A DNA stretch of 64,000 nt, from contig OY759361.1 of the NCBI GenBank assembly GCA_963662355.1, positions 456,031-520,030 of the forward strand, written 5' to 3'. The DNA comes from Gammaproteobacteria bacterium. Its GTDB lineage: Bacteria > Pseudomonadota > Gammaproteobacteria > UBA4575. Shown piece after piece: positions 40,678 through 54,205 of this stretch. Every line of letters begins with the position of its first letter. The first letter of the stretch is position 1. A model generated the notes under the pieces. That model searched no databases and had not been told where the DNA came from. It saw only the letters and a list, made by a program, of their open reading frames with translations. Position numbers and translations under genes: made by a program.

Positions 40678-40822
40678 CTTCTCAATGCATGTATTCCAGC
40701 CTCACAGGATACCCTGCAATCATTGCAAAACCGTGAAGAGATTCCACAAACTATGCGGAGGGCTGCAGACTTGCCTGGCAGAAATTCCCGAGTCCTCCAG
40801 GGCCCTGCTTCGTTGCCCGGGG

Positions 40823-41932
40823 TCAGCCGGACCGGACATTGCAGGGAAGGTCCGGAAATGTACTCGCCACACCCGCATGGCACAGCGTCCCGGCATGCAC
40901 GTTCAGGGCATTGCGCTGGCCCGCATCCTGTTCCAGAAAGGCGTCCAGCCCAAGGTTTGCAAGCTTTCGAACATACGGCAGGGTGGCATTGCACAGGGCC
41001 TGGCTGCTGGTGCGCCCGACTGCACCCGGGATATTCGTCACGCAGTAATGGACAATATCATCGATGACGTACACCGGGTCGTGGTGAGTGGTCGGGCGGC
41101 TGGTCTCGAAACAGCCGCCCTGGTCGATGGATACATCCACCAGGGCGGCACCGCGCTTCATCTGCGCGAGCATGTCCCGCCGGATCAGCCTCGGTGCGCG
41201 CGCCCCCGGAATCAGCAATGCACCGATCACCAGGTCCGCCTGCAGGGCGAACTGGCGCACCGCGTGCGGGTCGGAATAGATGGTCGTGACATTGTCCGGC
41301 ATGACCTCGTCGATGTGCCTGAGTTTCTCGATGTCGATATCCATGATCGTGACATTCGCCCCCAGCCCTGCGGCCACACGCGCGGCATTGGACCCGACCA
41401 CGCCCGCTCCCAGGACCAGCACGTCGGCAGGCGCCACGCCGGCCACTCCGCCGAGCAGGATGCCGCGCCCCATCACCGGTTTTTCCAGGCACTTCGCACC
41501 CTCCTGGATCGACATCTTGCCAGCCACCTCGCTCATGGGTTTCAGCAGTGGCAGGTCACCGCGTGCATCGGTCAGTGTCTCATAGGCCAGCGCCGTGATA
41601 CGCTGGTGCAGGCAGGTTTCCGTCAGGATCCTGGAGCCCGCAAAGTGGAAGTACCCGAACACGATCAGGGACGCCGGATACTGCTCCAGTTCCCGGGGCT
41701 GGGGCTCCTTGACCTTGACCAGCACTTCGCATTCCTCCAGGATCGTGTCCACCGAGTCGACCACGTTCGCACCCGCTTCCCGGTACTCCTCGTCACGGTA
41801 CCCGCTGCCCCGCCCGGCCCGGGTCTCGATGAACACCTGGTGGCCATCCTCCACCAGCAGGTGTGCACCCACCGGCAGCAGCGAGACGCGGTATTCGTCA
41901 GCCTTGATCTCCTTGGGGATACCGATCTTCAT
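40823..41932 (-). CDS. ald: Alanine dehydrogenase
   Basis: IGIPKEIK..EYRV, KVKEP, PMSEVAG, GAGVVG and IDQGGCFET. Confidence 0.96.
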   Translation of the reverse strand: MKIGIPKEIKADEYRVSLLPVGAHLLVEDGHQVFIETRAGRGSGYRDEEYREAGANVVDSVDTILEECEVLVKVKEPQPRELEQYPASLIVFGYFHFAGSRILTETCLHQRITALAYETLTDARGDLPLLKPMSEVAGKMSIQEGAKCLEKPVMGRGILLGGVAGVAPADVLVLGAGVVGSNAARVAAGLGANVTIMDIDIEKLRHIDEVMPDNVTTIYSDPHAVRQFALQADLVIGALLIPGARAPRLIRRDMLAQMKRGAALVDVSIDQGGCFETSRPTTHHDPVYVIDDIVHYCVTNIPGAVGRTSSQALCNATLPYVRKLANLGLDAFLEQDAGQRNALNVHAGTLCHAGVASTFPDLPCNVRSG

Positions 41933-41939
41933 CAGGGAC

Positions 41940-43202
41940 TCAATCCAGAACCAGTTTCCAGATGTCTTCCAGGACCGCCTTCAGATGTGTGCAGAATCGC
42001 GCGGCATCCGCACCGTTGATCACGCGGTGGTCGTAGGAAAGCGACAGGGGCAGCAGCTTGCGCGACGCGGTGCCACCGTCCGTGTGCACATCCTGCACGA
42101 TCATCGTGGACAGGCCCAGTACGGCCACCTCAGGAGGGTTGATGATCGGTGTGAAGGCCTGTCCGCCCAGATTTCCCAGGCTGGAGACCGTCATGCTGGC
42201 ACCTGCCATCTGCGCGGCCGTCAGCTTGCGCTCACGTGCCTTCGCGGCAAGTTCCTCCAGCTCACGTGCAACCTGGACCAGCGTCTTGCGCTCGACATCG
42301 CGCAACACGGGCACCAGCAGGCCATGCGGAGTGTCCACCGCAATGCCGATGTGAAAGAATTTTTTCAGGACCAACTGCTCGCCAGCCGGGTCAAGGGAGG
42401 CATTGAAGAGGGGATATCGTGTCAGCGTGGCCGCCAGCGCCTTGATCACGAATGCCAGCGGGGTGAGCCGCACGCCCTGGGCCTGCACCACATCACCCAG
42501 CTGCCTGCGGTAGCGTTCCAGCCCGGTCACGTCGGCCTGGTCGAAATGGGTCACGTGCGGAATCGAGCGCCAGGAATCCAGCAGATTTTGTGCCGTGCGC
42601 CGCTGTACACCGGTCACGGGCCGGACCTCGGTCTCGCCGTATCCGGAAAAATCAGGCAGGGCACCCGATGCGGCCTGTGAGCCGGCATCCCCCTTGTGCA
42701 AACGGCTACGGACGTGCTGGCGGATGTCCTGTTTCAGGATGCGCGAATATCGGCCGCTGCCCTGCACGCTGTCCAGCTCTACCCCCAGTTCACGCGCATA
42801 CCGGTACACGCCCGGACTGGCATAGTCACGCCCGGTACGCCCCGAATCCGCCGGGCGGGCCAGCGGCTCCACCGTATCCTCCGCCTGTTCCGGCTGCTCC
42901 GGGACGACAGGTTTCGGCACATCCGCCCCGGCGGCGGGCGGACCGTCCGGCAGTGATGCGGCCTGCACTTCAAGGACCAGCAGGAGATCACCCAGCGCGA
43001 CCTTGTCACCGGGCTGCACACTGATTTTCCCGACCTGCCCGGCATGCGGGGAAGGGAACTCGACCAGGGCCTTGTCCGTCTCCAGGGCCACCAGCGGCTG
43101 CTCCGCCTCGACCCGGTCACCTTGGCGCACCAGGACCTCCACCACATCGACCGGCTCGCCATCCTCGATGTCCGTGACCCGGATTTCCGTAAGCGTGTCC
43201 AT
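41940..43202 (-). CDS. aceF: Pyruvate dehydrogenase E2 (single lipoyl domain)
   Basis: Lipoyl motif ETDKA; E3-binding domain; SYDHRVING. Confidence 0.95.
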   Translation of the reverse strand: MDTLTEIRVTDIEDGEPVDVVEVLVRQGDRVEAEQPLVALETDKALVEFPSPHAGQVGKISVQPGDKVALGDLLLVLEVQAASLPDGPPAAGADVPKPVVPEQPEQAEDTVEPLARPADSGRTGRDYASPGVYRYARELGVELDSVQGSGRYSRILKQDIRQHVRSRLHKGDAGSQAASGALPDFSGYGETEVRPVTGVQRRTAQNLLDSWRSIPHVTHFDQADVTGLERYRRQLGDVVQAQGVRLTPLAFVIKALAATLTRYPLFNASLDPAGEQLVLKKFFHIGIAVDTPHGLLVPVLRDVERKTLVQVARELEELAAKARERKLTAAQMAGASMTVSSLGNLGGQAFTPIINPPEVAVLGLSTMIVQDVHTDGGTASRKLLPLSLSYDHRVINGADAARFCTHLKAVLEDIWKLVLD

Positions 43203-43208
43203 CGGGTA

Positions 43209-45854
<2,646 letters not shown>

Positions 45855-46086
45855 ACGCGACGTCCCCCGGCCTGCTCATCCCGGGGCACCCCAGATCTTG
45901 TGTGTACGGCTCGAACATGACAATTTAGGCTATACTAGTACCTTGGACAATATGTGTAATTGTAGACTGCATGCACGGGTGGTGCGAATGCTGCGGGTAA
46001 CTTTATAACAATGTTGCACCCCGCAACCAGACCCGGGCGGACCGAAATCCGTATCTCGTTACACCCCACATGGACATTGGAACATT

Positions 46087-47298
46087 ATGCCCGATTCAAT
46101 CAGCACAGATCTTGGCCTTGCGATGACCGGAGGCGGTGCGCGCGCGGCCTACCAGGTCGGAGTATTGCGCTATATCTGCAAGCATTTCGACGACTTCCAC
46201 CCGCCCATCATCACCGGTGTCTCGGCCGGAGCCATCAATGCGGTGTACCTCGCGGCCTACTCCGGGCGTTTCGATGAGGCGGTCGAACATCTCACCGACC
46301 TGTGGATACATCTGACTGCCGACAAGGTCTTTCGTACCGACAGCCGCTATTTCCTGGCCAATTTCCTGCGCTGGGGCCTGCGCCTGGTGCTCGGAGGCAA
46401 ACGGGTCGGCGGGCGCAAACCCAGCCTGCTGGACAACGCCCCGCTGCGCCGGATGCTGGAAAAAAGGCTGAATTCGAAATCCACCGAGCCTATCGCCGGG
46501 ATCCGGCAAAACATCGAGCAGGGCCGTTTGCGCGTACTCGGGATCACTGGTACGAACTACGGTACCGGCATCTCGACCACCTGGGTGCAGGGCCATGCGG
46601 GCGAGCACTGGAGACGTCCCAGACGGCGCAGTGAAATTGCACAGATCACCATCGAGCACGTGATGGCTTCCACCGCCCTGCCGCTGGTATTCCCTGCCGT
46701 CAAAATCGATGACGGCTGGCACGGGGATGGCGGCATCCGGTCCATTGCCCCCCTGTCGCCGGCCATGCACCTGGGGGCCAAGCGCATCATTGCGATCTCC
46801 ACCCGTTTCCAGGGCAGGCAGACCAGCCCGGAGGAATCCGTCATATCCGGGTACGTGCCAGTCGCGCAAATTGCCGGCATCCTGCTGGACTCGATGTTCC
46901 TGGACCTGCTCGACTACGATGCCGCCAACATGAACCGGATCAATGAAGTCTATGATGAAATCAGTGCCGCATCGCGGGCACACTACAAGAAGGCCCGGGT
47001 ACTGATCCTGCGTCCCAGCGAAGACCTCGGAAAGCTTGCCAGCGAGTACGAGATCACCCTGCCGCAACCCTTCAGGTATCTTACACGCGGGCTGGGCACC
47101 CGCGACACGGAAAGCCCGGACTCGCTGTCCCTGCTGATGTTCCAGCCCGACTACCTGCGCTACCTGATCGATCTCGGCGAACGCGATGCGCGCCGGCACG
47201 CGGGGCAGATCGCAGAATTCCTGAACCTAGGAAAAGCTGCCAACTCCTTCTGGCAATCTGACCGGCGTGCGGTCATCCTGAGCGAACAGGACGCCTGA
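46087..47298 (+). CDS. Patatin-like phospholipase
   Basis: GGGARAAY, GVSAG and DGG motifs. Confidence 0.9.
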   Translation: MPDSISTDLGLAMTGGGARAAYQVGVLRYICKHFDDFHPPIITGVSAGAINAVYLAAYSGRFDEAVEHLTDLWIHLTADKVFRTDSRYFLANFLRWGLRLVLGGKRVGGRKPSLLDNAPLRRMLEKRLNSKSTEPIAGIRQNIEQGRLRVLGITGTNYGTGISTTWVQGHAGEHWRRPRRRSEIAQITIEHVMASTALPLVFPAVKIDDGWHGDGGIRSIAPLSPAMHLGAKRIIAISTRFQGRQTSPEESVISGYVPVAQIAGILLDSMFLDLLDYDAANMNRINEVYDEISAASRAHYKKARVLILRPSEDLGKLASEYEITLPQPFRYLTRGLGTRDTESPDSLSLLMFQPDYLRYLIDLGERDARRHAGQIAEFLNLGKAANSFWQSDRRAVILSEQDA

Positions 47299-47398
47299 TG
47301 CCGGCACGTGGCTCCATCACCTGCGAGTTCCCGGCGGACCCGTGCCCGGGAGGGCCCGGCCCGACAGGGTGCGGCACGCGAAACCGTCCATGCCCGAG

Positions 47399-47806
47399 AT
47401 GAGTGACAACCCTCCAGGTTCTTTGGTCGTACAGGTCAACGGCACGCCCATGCTTGAATACGACCGCAGCCAGCCGCTGTCTGCAAGGCAGCGTGAATCA
47501 CTCGGGCGAATCGACGGGAAACTGGACCAGGGAATCCTGCTGAACGAGCAGTTTGTCTCCCGGCCGAGCCGGGAGCAGCGGGTGGAGTACGTGGCGGCCA
47601 ATCTGGTTGCTGCATTGCTGGAAGATGAGGAAGGGGTCGCCGCAGCCAGCTGCGCGTACCTGGCGATGGTCTTGCCCGAACTCAAGCAGGTCAGGGCGAT
47701 CGAGCGCGACGGGGCCGTGGCGGTCGAACTGGTCTTTGACCGGGAATACCAGAAAGAGGAGCAGATGAACTTCGTGCCGCTGGACAAGCTGAAGGCCCGG
47801 CACTGA
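47399..47806 (+). CDS. Conserved hypothetical protein
   Basis: Coding-like ORF ('LEYDRS..L...Q...L..ID.KLD.GI') convergent with rho; start uncertain. Confidence 0.65.
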   Translation: MSDNPPGSLVVQVNGTPMLEYDRSQPLSARQRESLGRIDGKLDQGILLNEQFVSRPSREQRVEYVAANLVAALLEDEEGVAAASCAYLAMVLPELKQVRAIERDGAVAVELVFDREYQKEEQMNFVPLDKLKARH

Positions 47807-47818
47807 CAGGGGCAATGC

Positions 47819-49075
<1,257 letters not shown>

Positions 49076-49281
49076 GTCATGTATAAGTGTTGGTTGAGTA
49101 AAAATTTGCAATGGATCCGTGCACGGCCCCGCAAAGCTTCACGGGAGTCGCACGGAAAACATCAATTACGCCGCAATACAGCCTTTCGTGTATTCAAGGC
49201 GTGTGGTTCACCTGAATGTGTTATGTATTGTTGTAAACTGTATACAGGTAGTTTGTTCCAGAAACCTGTCTGGCAGTGATC

Positions 49282-49608
49282 CTAGATGCTTTGATCAATA
49301 AATGCAGTGAGCTGTGATTTCGACAATGCGCCGACTTTGGTTGCTTCTGCATTTCCGTTTTTGAAAATCATTAATGTGGGAATGCCGCGCACTCCGTATT
49401 TCGGTGGTGTATCGGGGTTGTCATCCACGTTCAGCTTGGCGACTTTCAGCCTGCCCCGGTACTTCTCCGCAATTTCATCGAGTAGGGGCGACACCATCTT
49501 ACACGGACCGCACCATTGTGCCCAGTAGTCGACCAGCACAGGTTGCTCGGCGCGTAACACTTCCTCTTCAAAACTGCTGTCCGTTATATGACAGACCGCA
49601 TCACTCAC
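49282..49608 (-). CDS. trxA: Thioredoxin 1
   Basis: WCGPC motif; canonical trxA-rho order. Confidence 0.98.
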   Translation of the reverse strand: MSDAVCHITDSSFEEEVLRAEQPVLVDYWAQWCGPCKMVSPLLDEIAEKYRGRLKVAKLNVDDNPDTPPKYGVRGIPTLMIFKNGNAEATKVGALSKSQLTAFIDQSI

Positions 49609-50121
49609 TCGACCGCCTCTCCCTATCCAAATATTATTATGATGCTTCCGAAAAACTATGCCAGAAACGGCGAACCCGAGGCTATGAAGATGATCCCTGC
49701 AACCGTATTCTTAAGCATTCTGTGCAGGATTACAAGCCCATGCCCGCCTCGGTCAGGCAACCTCCGTGGTCTTCAGCCTCTCTGTTATCCTGCAAAATCA
49801 AGGGGGCCGGAACTACATGAAATGTCGGCAGTCCATGGAACTCGAGCCTCTACACAGGAGAACCGCCTGGGGCAGATGGAAGTATCTTGTACCGGATTCT
49901 ATCTCAATCGATCCACACTAGGCAACCCTCTTCCCGGACCCGGCTGCTGCCGGACAGCAACACGTTGCACTGCGGGCGCATCACCCGTCTTGCCCGATAC
50001 CTTTACGGGCGTACTGTGCTCGAGACCGAAAATCCCTGTTATTTAACAGGCCCTGAAGAATCCCTATAATGCAGTCCATAAGGTAAGGTGAGCGCATGCT
50101 CAAGGCTCGGGCAAGTCCCCC

Positions 50122-51576
50122 ATGATTCTCAGCGACCCCTCTCTGTTTTGCGAACAATGCTACATCGACGGCACCTGGGCGGATGCGGACGATGGCGCCA
50201 GGATCGAAATCGATAACCCGGCGAACCACTCCATCGTCGGCACGGTCCCCAGGATGGGCGGCGGCGAAACCCGGCGTGCCATCGAGGCCGCACAATCGGC
50301 CTATCCGAAGTGGCGGGCACTCACGGGAAAAGAGCGTGGGCGGATCCTGCGAAACTGGCTGGACCTGATCCGGGAAAACCGGGAGAACCTGGCCGTTGTC
50401 ATTACCTCGGAACTGGGCAGGCCCCTTGCGGAATCACGGGGCGAAGTCGACTACGGCGCATCCTACGTCGAGTGGTTCTCCGAAGAGGCCAAGCGCATAT
50501 ACGGCGATACCATTCCCGGTCATCAGCACGACAAACGCATCATGGTGATCAAGCAGCCGGTCGGCGTCGTGGCCGCGATCACTCCCTGGAACTTCCCGCT
50601 TGCCACGGTCACCCGGAAAGTCGCACCGGCCCTCGCCGCTGGATGCACGGTCGTCGCCAAACCGGCCTCCCAGACTCCCTTCTCGGCACTGGCCCTGGCC
50701 AGGCTTGCCGAACGGGCGGGTGTCCCCAGGGGTGTGATCAACATCCTGACCGGCACCAGTTCGAAGATCGGCGAGGCGATCACGTCCAGCCAGATCGTTC
50801 GCAAACTGAGTTTCACCGGGTCGGCCAAAACCGGCAAGTTCCTGATGGAGCAGTGTGCCGGCACCGTCAAGAACATGCTGATGGAGTTTGGCGGTAACGC
50901 ACCCTTCATCGTATTCGATGATGCCGACATCGAGGCAGCCATCGAGGGCGCGATGCAGTCGAAATTCCGCAACGCCGGGCAGACCTGTGTGTGCGCCAAC
51001 CGGTTCCTGGTGCAGGACGCCATCCATGACGAGTTCACCAGAAAGCTCACCCTCGCCGTTCGCGCATTGAAGGTCGGCAGCGGACTGGATGAAGACACGG
51101 ACATCGGGCCGCTGATTGATTCGAAAGCGGTGGCGAAGGTCGAACGCCACGTCCGCGACGCCGTCTCGCGGGGAGCCCGCGTGCTCACCGGCGGTGAGCG
51201 GTGCACCCGGCCAGGAAATTTTTATCCTCCGACGGTCCTGGCCGACATGCGGCCCGACATGGCCGTCAGCCGGGAAGAAACCTTCGGGCCGCTCGCACCG
51301 GTGTATCGTTTCAAGACCGATGCGGACGCGCTTTGCATGGCCAACGATACCGAATACGGCCTGGCTGCCTACTTCTATACCCGGGACATTACCCGTGTCT
51401 GGAAGATCACGGAAGCGCTGGAGTACGGAATCGTCGGCATCAACTCCGGGCTGATCTCCACCGAGGTCGCACCGTTCGGGGGCATGAAGGAATCAGGCAT
51501 CGGACGGGAGGGGTCCCGGTACGGCATCGAGGAATTCCTCGAGGTCAAGTACGTGTGCCTGGGCGAAATCAGCTGA
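50122..51576 (+). CDS. gabD: NAD(P)-dependent succinate-semialdehyde dehydrogenase
   Basis: ITPWNFP, FTGS, KFRNAGQTCVC, EETFGP and PFGGMKESG. Confidence 0.9.
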   Translation: MILSDPSLFCEQCYIDGTWADADDGARIEIDNPANHSIVGTVPRMGGGETRRAIEAAQSAYPKWRALTGKERGRILRNWLDLIRENRENLAVVITSELGRPLAESRGEVDYGASYVEWFSEEAKRIYGDTIPGHQHDKRIMVIKQPVGVVAAITPWNFPLATVTRKVAPALAAGCTVVAKPASQTPFSALALARLAERAGVPRGVINILTGTSSKIGEAITSSQIVRKLSFTGSAKTGKFLMEQCAGTVKNMLMEFGGNAPFIVFDDADIEAAIEGAMQSKFRNAGQTCVCANRFLVQDAIHDEFTRKLTLAVRALKVGSGLDEDTDIGPLIDSKAVAKVERHVRDAVSRGARVLTGGERCTRPGNFYPPTVLADMRPDMAVSREETFGPLAPVYRFKTDADALCMANDTEYGLAAYFYTRDITRVWKITEALEYGIVGINSGLISTEVAPFGGMKESGIGREGSRYGIEEFLEVKYVCLGEIS

Positions 51577-51639
51577 CAACGCCAGGCTGCCCGGTCTCGC
51601 GGTCGCCCGATACAGTGACTCCCGAACCGCCAGGGCCTG

Positions 51640-52017
51640 TCAGACTTCAACGATATCCGCTTTCAGGCTGTTCACAAAGGCAGCGATCTCCCCGCACTCC
51701 TGTTCGGGAACGTTCAGGGCGCCCATCGTATCGGCCGCATGCTCCATGAATACCGTCCAGTCACTCTCGCTGATCCCCATGCCTTCGTGCGACAGCTTCA
51801 TGTCACGACCGGTGTAGTACATGGGTCCACCGGAATTCGCACACAGGTAATCGACCAGCAGCTGCTTTTCCCTCGCCAGGCCGTCATTGCCCCTGTGTTC
51901 CCAGAAGCGGCCCAGTTGCGGGTCGGCTTCCAGGCGCGGAAGCAGGTCCTCAACGAACGTTACGATCCCGTCATAGCCTCCCAGGCGCTCAAATAATGTT
52001 TGGTTACTCATACGCAT
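51640..52017 (-). CDS. Group 1 truncated hemoglobin
   Basis: LFERLGG, GGP..YTGRDM..SH.GMGI. Confidence 0.88.
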   Translation of the reverse strand: MRMSNQTLFERLGGYDGIVTFVEDLLPRLEADPQLGRFWEHRGNDGLAREKQLLVDYLCANSGGPMYYTGRDMKLSHEGMGISESDWTVFMEHAADTMGALNVPEQECGEIAAFVNSLKADIVEV

Positions 52018-52535
52018 CTCCTGTTGCTGGTTTGCATGTTATTTTCACCCGGGTCTGCTGAACCGGCGGCGTGAATGGGGCAGGCTCTGCCCTGCCTTGA
52101 GCCGGATGCTTTACACCAGACATTTTTTCCTTCCGGTGAGTGAATTATATACGATTGTGACGCAAAACCCTTCAGGCTTTCAGCGGCTGCCTCATCCCTG
52201 AAGGCAACCTTATAAAGAACATTCCAGTAAATCCCTGAAAGCAAACCCATCTGGAGATCACCCCTTCCTGATACCACCCCGAATGCGAATCTGGCAGGTC
52301 ATTTGCTTGCTTAGCCTAATTGTATAGGGCAGCTTGTAGCTGTATTCCGTAAGAAATCTAGTGTGTTGAAAATGCCGTGCTCTACTACTACGTAGAAATT
52401 TTCGTAATGCTTCTTTACCAATACGCGAATCCAAACTCACGTATTCTGTAAAGGCGCGACTCCCAAGTAGCGGATGAAACTACTTCCAGAAAGCCAACAA
52501 AGACCGATTTCTGCCTTCAAGGGATGTTTCCATAC

Positions 52536-52563
52536 TTTCCTGCCCCGTGTCGGGGGCAGGAAA
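52536..52563. terminator. Stem-loop downstream (minus-strand sense) of the tRNA-Arg att fragment
   Basis: TTTCCTGCCCC ... GGGGCAGGAAA, 11-bp stem. Confidence 0.45.
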
Positions 52564-52690
52564 TATAGCCATCGCTGATGAGCACTAACAAAAGGGTATG
52601 TCAATACTACAATACACCTTTGTTCATCGCCATCGAAGCTAGTACTTGACAAATACATAATGCAGAAATCGCATACTTGGAAGAAATAAG

Positions 52691-52735
52691 TGGCGCGCCC
52701 GGAGAGATTCGAACTCCCGGCCGCCTGGTTCGTAG
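52691..52735 (-). repeat. att site: 3' half of tRNA-Arg(ACG)
   Basis: Reverse complement CTACGAACCAGGCGGCCGGGAGTTCGAATCTCTCCGGGCGCGCCA; no 5' half adjacent. Confidence 0.88.
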
Positions 52736-52855
52736 TTATGCATAGCAATCACTACTTGTATTTAACGGTAATTACTGGAATGCCCGTTGCCAACTCTACA
52801 TACCAATGCTGGACGATTATTAACTGAATCCGCACAAGTAAGTGTCATGCTTCGA

Positions 52856-53146
52856 TCATGCTACCGACGAGAGCCGCCTCACCTTAATTCGGTTTGCTTT
52901 TTTCATTGCCTGAGACAGCTCATAGGCTGATTGAAGCCGATACCAGGTTCCAGCACCACCTCCAAAAGCCTTGTCTAGACGAATAGCCATCTCGGGTGAA
53001 ATTCCTGAACGGCAATTTACAACATCCGAGAGCTGCTTGCGGCTGACTCCAAGTTTCTGTGCGGCCTCGGTCACGCTGAGCCCCAGAGGCTCCAGGCAGT
53101 CATGGCGCACGGACAGACCCGGATGAGGTGGATTTTTCATAGGCAT
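52856..53146 (-). CDS. higA: HigA-family antitoxin
   Basis: PPHPG...LSVTEAA..LGVSR...ISPEMAIRL. Confidence 0.93.
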   Translation of the reverse strand: MPMKNPPHPGLSVRHDCLEPLGLSVTEAAQKLGVSRKQLSDVVNCRSGISPEMAIRLDKAFGGGAGTWYRLQSAYELSQAMKKANRIKVRRLSSVA

Positions 53147-53158
53147 GCTAGAACCCTC

Positions 53159-53245
53159 CTAATGATAGTCAATCAAATCTACATCTTTGACGTCCTGCCC
53201 CTTGAAGAAAAAAATAATGCGCCAGTTCCTGGATATCCTTGCTGA
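53159..53245 (-). pseudogene. higB: C-terminal remnant of a HigB toxin
   Basis: Translates as SARISRNWRIIFFFKGQDVKDVDLIDYH*; N-terminus missing. Confidence 0.8.
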
Positions 53246-53366
53246 CACATAAGGTATTTCAAATCATAGGCCATTCACGTCGCAACATTATTCAGTTCTG
53301 GAAATACCCAGGCTACAAAACCTTTCTTTGCGTGGAGCCAGTCGCCAAGTGATATTCTTTATCTAG

Positions 53367-53672
53367 TCAAGCTGGAGAGTATCGCTCAACACTAACCTGT
53401 TCTGAGTAGGCTCGCATCTGAGAAGCGTCGTACCATGCCTGCATACGCAACAGCATATCCATACTTACATCGAAAGCCTTTTCGATACGAAGCGCCATCT
53501 CCGGCGACAAACTGGCTTTACCGTTCAGAAAGTCCGAGAGTGTCGCTCTTCGAACTCCAAGAATCTCCGCTGCTTTCGTCACAGTCAGGCCTAATTCTTC
53601 AACGATCTCTGTCCGGACGAAATCACCCGGGTGGGAAGGTGTCATATTTACTTTGATGTCGTTAGTAGTCAT
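53367..53672 (-). CDS. higA: HigA-family antitoxin
   Basis: PSHPG...LSPEMALRIEKAF. Confidence 0.93.
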   Translation of the reverse strand: MTTNDIKVNMTPSHPGDFVRTEIVEELGLTVTKAAEILGVRRATLSDFLNGKASLSPEMALRIEKAFDVSMDMLLRMQAWYDASQMRAYSEQVSVERYSPA

Positions 53673-53962
53673 CAGTGGTAATCCTCCAAGTTCAGGTCAT
53701 AGATATGCCCATTCTTTTCTTTAAAAGTAATCCTCCAGTTTCCCGAAACTGAAACGCTCCACTCTTTCCGTCGCTTTCCAGAAAGCCTATGGACATGCCA
53801 ACCTAGCGGAGCATCCGCAAGAAACTCATCCATTTCATCGGCCAGAACCAGAATGGTCAAAATCTTACGGACACGACTGGCAAGACCTAATTTCAAAAAA
53901 CGGTCGTCATCCTCTGCGAGAAGCCTGCGCAATCCACGATGACGTACAGACCGAATAATCAT
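53672..53962 (-). CDS. higB: HigB (RelE-fold) toxin
   Basis: H.GL...HRLSG....WSVSVSGNWRITF...LEDYH; coupled to higA. Confidence 0.93.
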   Translation of the reverse strand: MIIRSVRHRGLRRLLAEDDDRFLKLGLASRVRKILTILVLADEMDEFLADAPLGWHVHRLSGKRRKEWSVSVSGNWRITFKEKNGHIYDLNLEDYH

Positions 53963-54155
53963 CTAGTGATTGTACTGTATTACCGTACATCATGCAATGC
54001 GATTGCTGTTAACAGGAAATCAAAGACTGAGGCTCAAGAACCTAATCGAGGCAGCTAACCGGGTGTGCTGGAAAAGTACTGCGCTGGTATTACTGAGACA
54101 GAAAGCAGCGACCGCATGATGCGGTAACTGCCTTATTAATTAGAATACGATTCAG

Positions 54156-54200
54156 TGGCGCGCCCGGAGAGATTCGAACTCCCGACCGCCTAGTTAGTAG
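54156..54200 (-). repeat. Second, degenerate tRNA-Arg att copy
   Basis: 42/45 identical to 52691-52735. Confidence 0.85.
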
Positions 54201-54205
54201 AATTC

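Noticed and set aside
52691-52735. Functional tRNA-Arg genes at 52691 and 54156
   Set aside because: Only the 3' half is present, without D arm or 5' acceptor strand, so they are treated as att sites.
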